Shown: piece after piece, positions 61,620-64,000 of the stretch
Layout: each line of letters starts with the position of its first letter
Numbering within the stretch: position 1 is the stretch's first letter
NCBI GenBank assembly: GCA_028826165.1
Contig: JAPDFW010000134.1
Location: forward strand, 1-64,000
DNA from: Anaeramoeba ignava BMAN
Taxonomy: Eukaryota; Protista; Anaeramoebae
Reading direction: 5' to 3'
Length of the DNA: 64,000 nt
Position numbers and translations under genes: made by a program
The notes under the pieces: model-generated
What the model saw: the letters and a program-made list of their open reading frames with translations, nothing else
Database searches by the model: none
What the model was told of the DNA's origin: nothing

Positions 61620-64000
61620 AAAAATAAATAAATAAATTAATAAATAAATTAATAAATAAATTAATAAACAAATAAATTAATAAATAAATTAATATAAATA
61701 AATTAATAAATAAATTAATAAATAAATTAATAAATAAATTAATAAATAAATTAATAAATAAATTAATAAATAAATTAATAAACAATTTAATAAACAATTT
61801 AATAAATAAATTAATAAATAATTAAATAAATTAATAAACAAATTAATAAATAAATAAATAAATAAATTAATAAATAAATTAATAAATAAATTAATAAATA
61901 AATTAATAAATAAATTTATAAATAAATTAATAAATTAATTAATAAATAATTTAATAAATAAATAAATAAATTAATAAATAAATTAATAAATAAATTAATA
62001 AATAAATTAATAAATAAATTTAAATAAATTAATAAATAAATTAATAAATAAATTAATAAACAAATTAATAAATAAATTAATAAATAAATTAATAAACAAA
62101 TTAATAAACAAAATAATAAATAAATTAATAAATAAATTAATAAATAAATTAATAAACAAATTAATAAATAAATTAATAAACAAATTAATAAATAAATTAA
62201 TAAATAAATTAATAAATAAATTAATAAACAAATTAATAAACAAATTTAATAAATAAATAAATAAATAAAATAATAAAAAATTTAATAAATAAATTAATAA
62301 ATAAATTAATAAATAAATTAATAAATAAATTAATAAATAAATTAATAAATAAATTAATAAATAAATTTAATAAATAAATTAATAAACAAATAAATAAATA
62401 AATTAATAAATAAATTAATAAATAAATTAATAAATAAATTAATAAATAATTTAATAAATAAATTTAATAAAATAATTTAATAAATAAATTAATAAATAAA
62501 TTAATAAATAAATTAATAAATTAAAATTAAATAAATAAATTAATAAATAAATTAATAAATAAATTAATAAATAAATTAATAAACAAATTAATAAATAATT
62601 TAATAAATAAATTAATAAATAAATAAATAAACAAATTAATAAACAAATTAATAAATAAATTAATAAATAAATTAATAAATAAAATAATAAACAAATTAAT
62701 AAATAATTTAATAAATAAATTAATAAATAAATTAATAAATAAATTAATAAATAAATTAATAAATAAATAAATAAATAAATTAATAAATAATTTAATAAAT
62801 AATTTAATAAACAAATTAATAAATGAATAAACAATTTAATAAATAAATTAATAAATAAATTAAATAAACAAATTAATAAACAAATTAATAAATAAATAAA
62901 TTAATAAATTAATAAATAAATTAAATTAATAAATAAATTAATAAATAAATTAATAAATAAATAAATTAATAAATAAATTAATAAATAAATTAATAAATAA
63001 ATTAATAAATAAATTAATAAATAAATTAATAAATAAATTAATAAACAAATTAATAAATAATTTAATAAATAAATTAATAAATAAATTAATAAATAAATTA
63101 ATAAATAAATTAATAAATAAATAAATAAATTAATAAATAAATTAATAAATAAATTAATAAACAAATTAATAAATAAATTAATAAATAAATAATAAATAAA
63201 TTAATAAATAAATAAATAAATAAATTAATAAATAAATAAATAAATAAATTAATAAATAAATAAATAAATAAATAAATAAATTTAATAAATTAATAAATAA
63301 ATAAATAAATTAATAAATAAATTAATAAATAAATAAATAAATAATTTAATAAATAAATAAATAAATAATTTAATAAATAATTTAATAAATAAATTAATAA
63401 ACAATTTAATAAACAATTTAATAAACAAATTAATAAATAATTAGGAATCCTTTGCATTGGGCTGCTTATAAAAATTCACACAAAATAACGAATTTATTTT
63501 TAAACTATGATAAATCTTTAATAGACAAACGAGACAATTTAAAAAACAAACCACTTCACATATCAGCATTTGCAGGAAGTGTTGAATCAGGACAAAAAAT
63601 ATTAACAATTTCACACAAAAAATCTCACAATAAAGACGGATATTCACCAATTCATATTGCAGCACTTTCAGGAAAAACAGAATTCATAGAAATACTAATG
63701 AACAAAGGATATGATATCAATTCACTTAGTTCTAATAAAGAAACACCACTTCATATTGCTTGTTTATTTGAAAAAATTGAAGTTGTTCAGTTTTTATTGA
63801 AAAATTCTTGTAAAATTGATCTGAAGGATTCAAAAGGAGCAACTCCTCTTTGTTATTCTCAAATGAAAAATAATCTTGAAATTTCACGTTTATTAATTAC
63901 TCATGGAGCACGTAGTGAACTTCATTTTTTTGCAAGAGAAGGAGAGTTTTCTCAATTAAGTTCTTTATTATCAAAAATGAATTTAAATTTAAATTGTAGG
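60793..64000 (+). CDS. Ankyrin-repeat protein (runs off window)
   Basis: Exon 1 60793-61145 (GLAPLHLAV, QTPLHFAA); intron 61146-63444; exon 2 from 63445 (W|NPLHWAAY, YSPIHIAA, ETPLHIAC). Confidence 0.88.
61250..63440 (+). repeat. 12-nt satellite AATAAATAAATT in the 2299-nt ankyrin intron
   Basis: Direct inspection. Confidence 0.92.

Noticed and set aside
589-63444. Non-canonical or U12-type introns, or an alternative genetic code
   Set aside because: All 34 introns I reconstructed are GT-AG with no U12 consensus, and TAA/TGA act as normal stops at gene ends.
1-64000. Inteins, transposons, tRNA/rRNA genes
   Set aside because: No C...HN-C/S/T intein insertion, transposase/RT motif, terminal repeats or structured GC-rich RNA gene was recognisable by eye; tRNAscan, Rfam and HMM searches were not run.

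Overview
Extremely AT-rich, gene-dense eukaryotic nuclear DNA using the standard genetic code. The style (ankyrin-BTB, RCC1-BTB and BTB-TLDc families, EN/QN hexamer tracts, TCAYTTT initiator-like motifs) resembles an anaerobic metamonad such as Anaeramoeba; this is inference only. I reconstruct about 20 protein genes and 34 GT-AG introns by hand. In order: three tandem BRSK/Gin4-like kinases, a stand-alone MJ1316 (DUF504) RNA-end domain protein, a PH-PH-EF-hand protein, a secreted propeller-like protein, an ankyrin-BTB-BTB gene, and five tandem RCC1-BTB-BTB paralogs interrupted by an inverted vWA gene. These are followed by RRP42, BTB-TLDc, a Trf4/PAPD5-like poly(A) polymerase with a huge N/Q tail, MORN-SAM-U-box, a DOCK GEF, a catalytically dead USP and a partial ankyrin gene. 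Two things stand out. (1) The RCC1-BTB paralogs have a near-identical scaffold but hypervariable, mosaic loop residues in every propeller blade, like a diversified receptor repertoire wired to Cullin-3-type adaptors. (2) Fourteen introns are inflated to 0.3-3.5 kb by intron-private satellites whose units lack AG on the sense strand, including three paralogous introns that each grew a different satellite. Many single-base frameshifts look like long-read assembly errors. Most long low-complexity ORFs in the supplied track are spurious readings of satellites.
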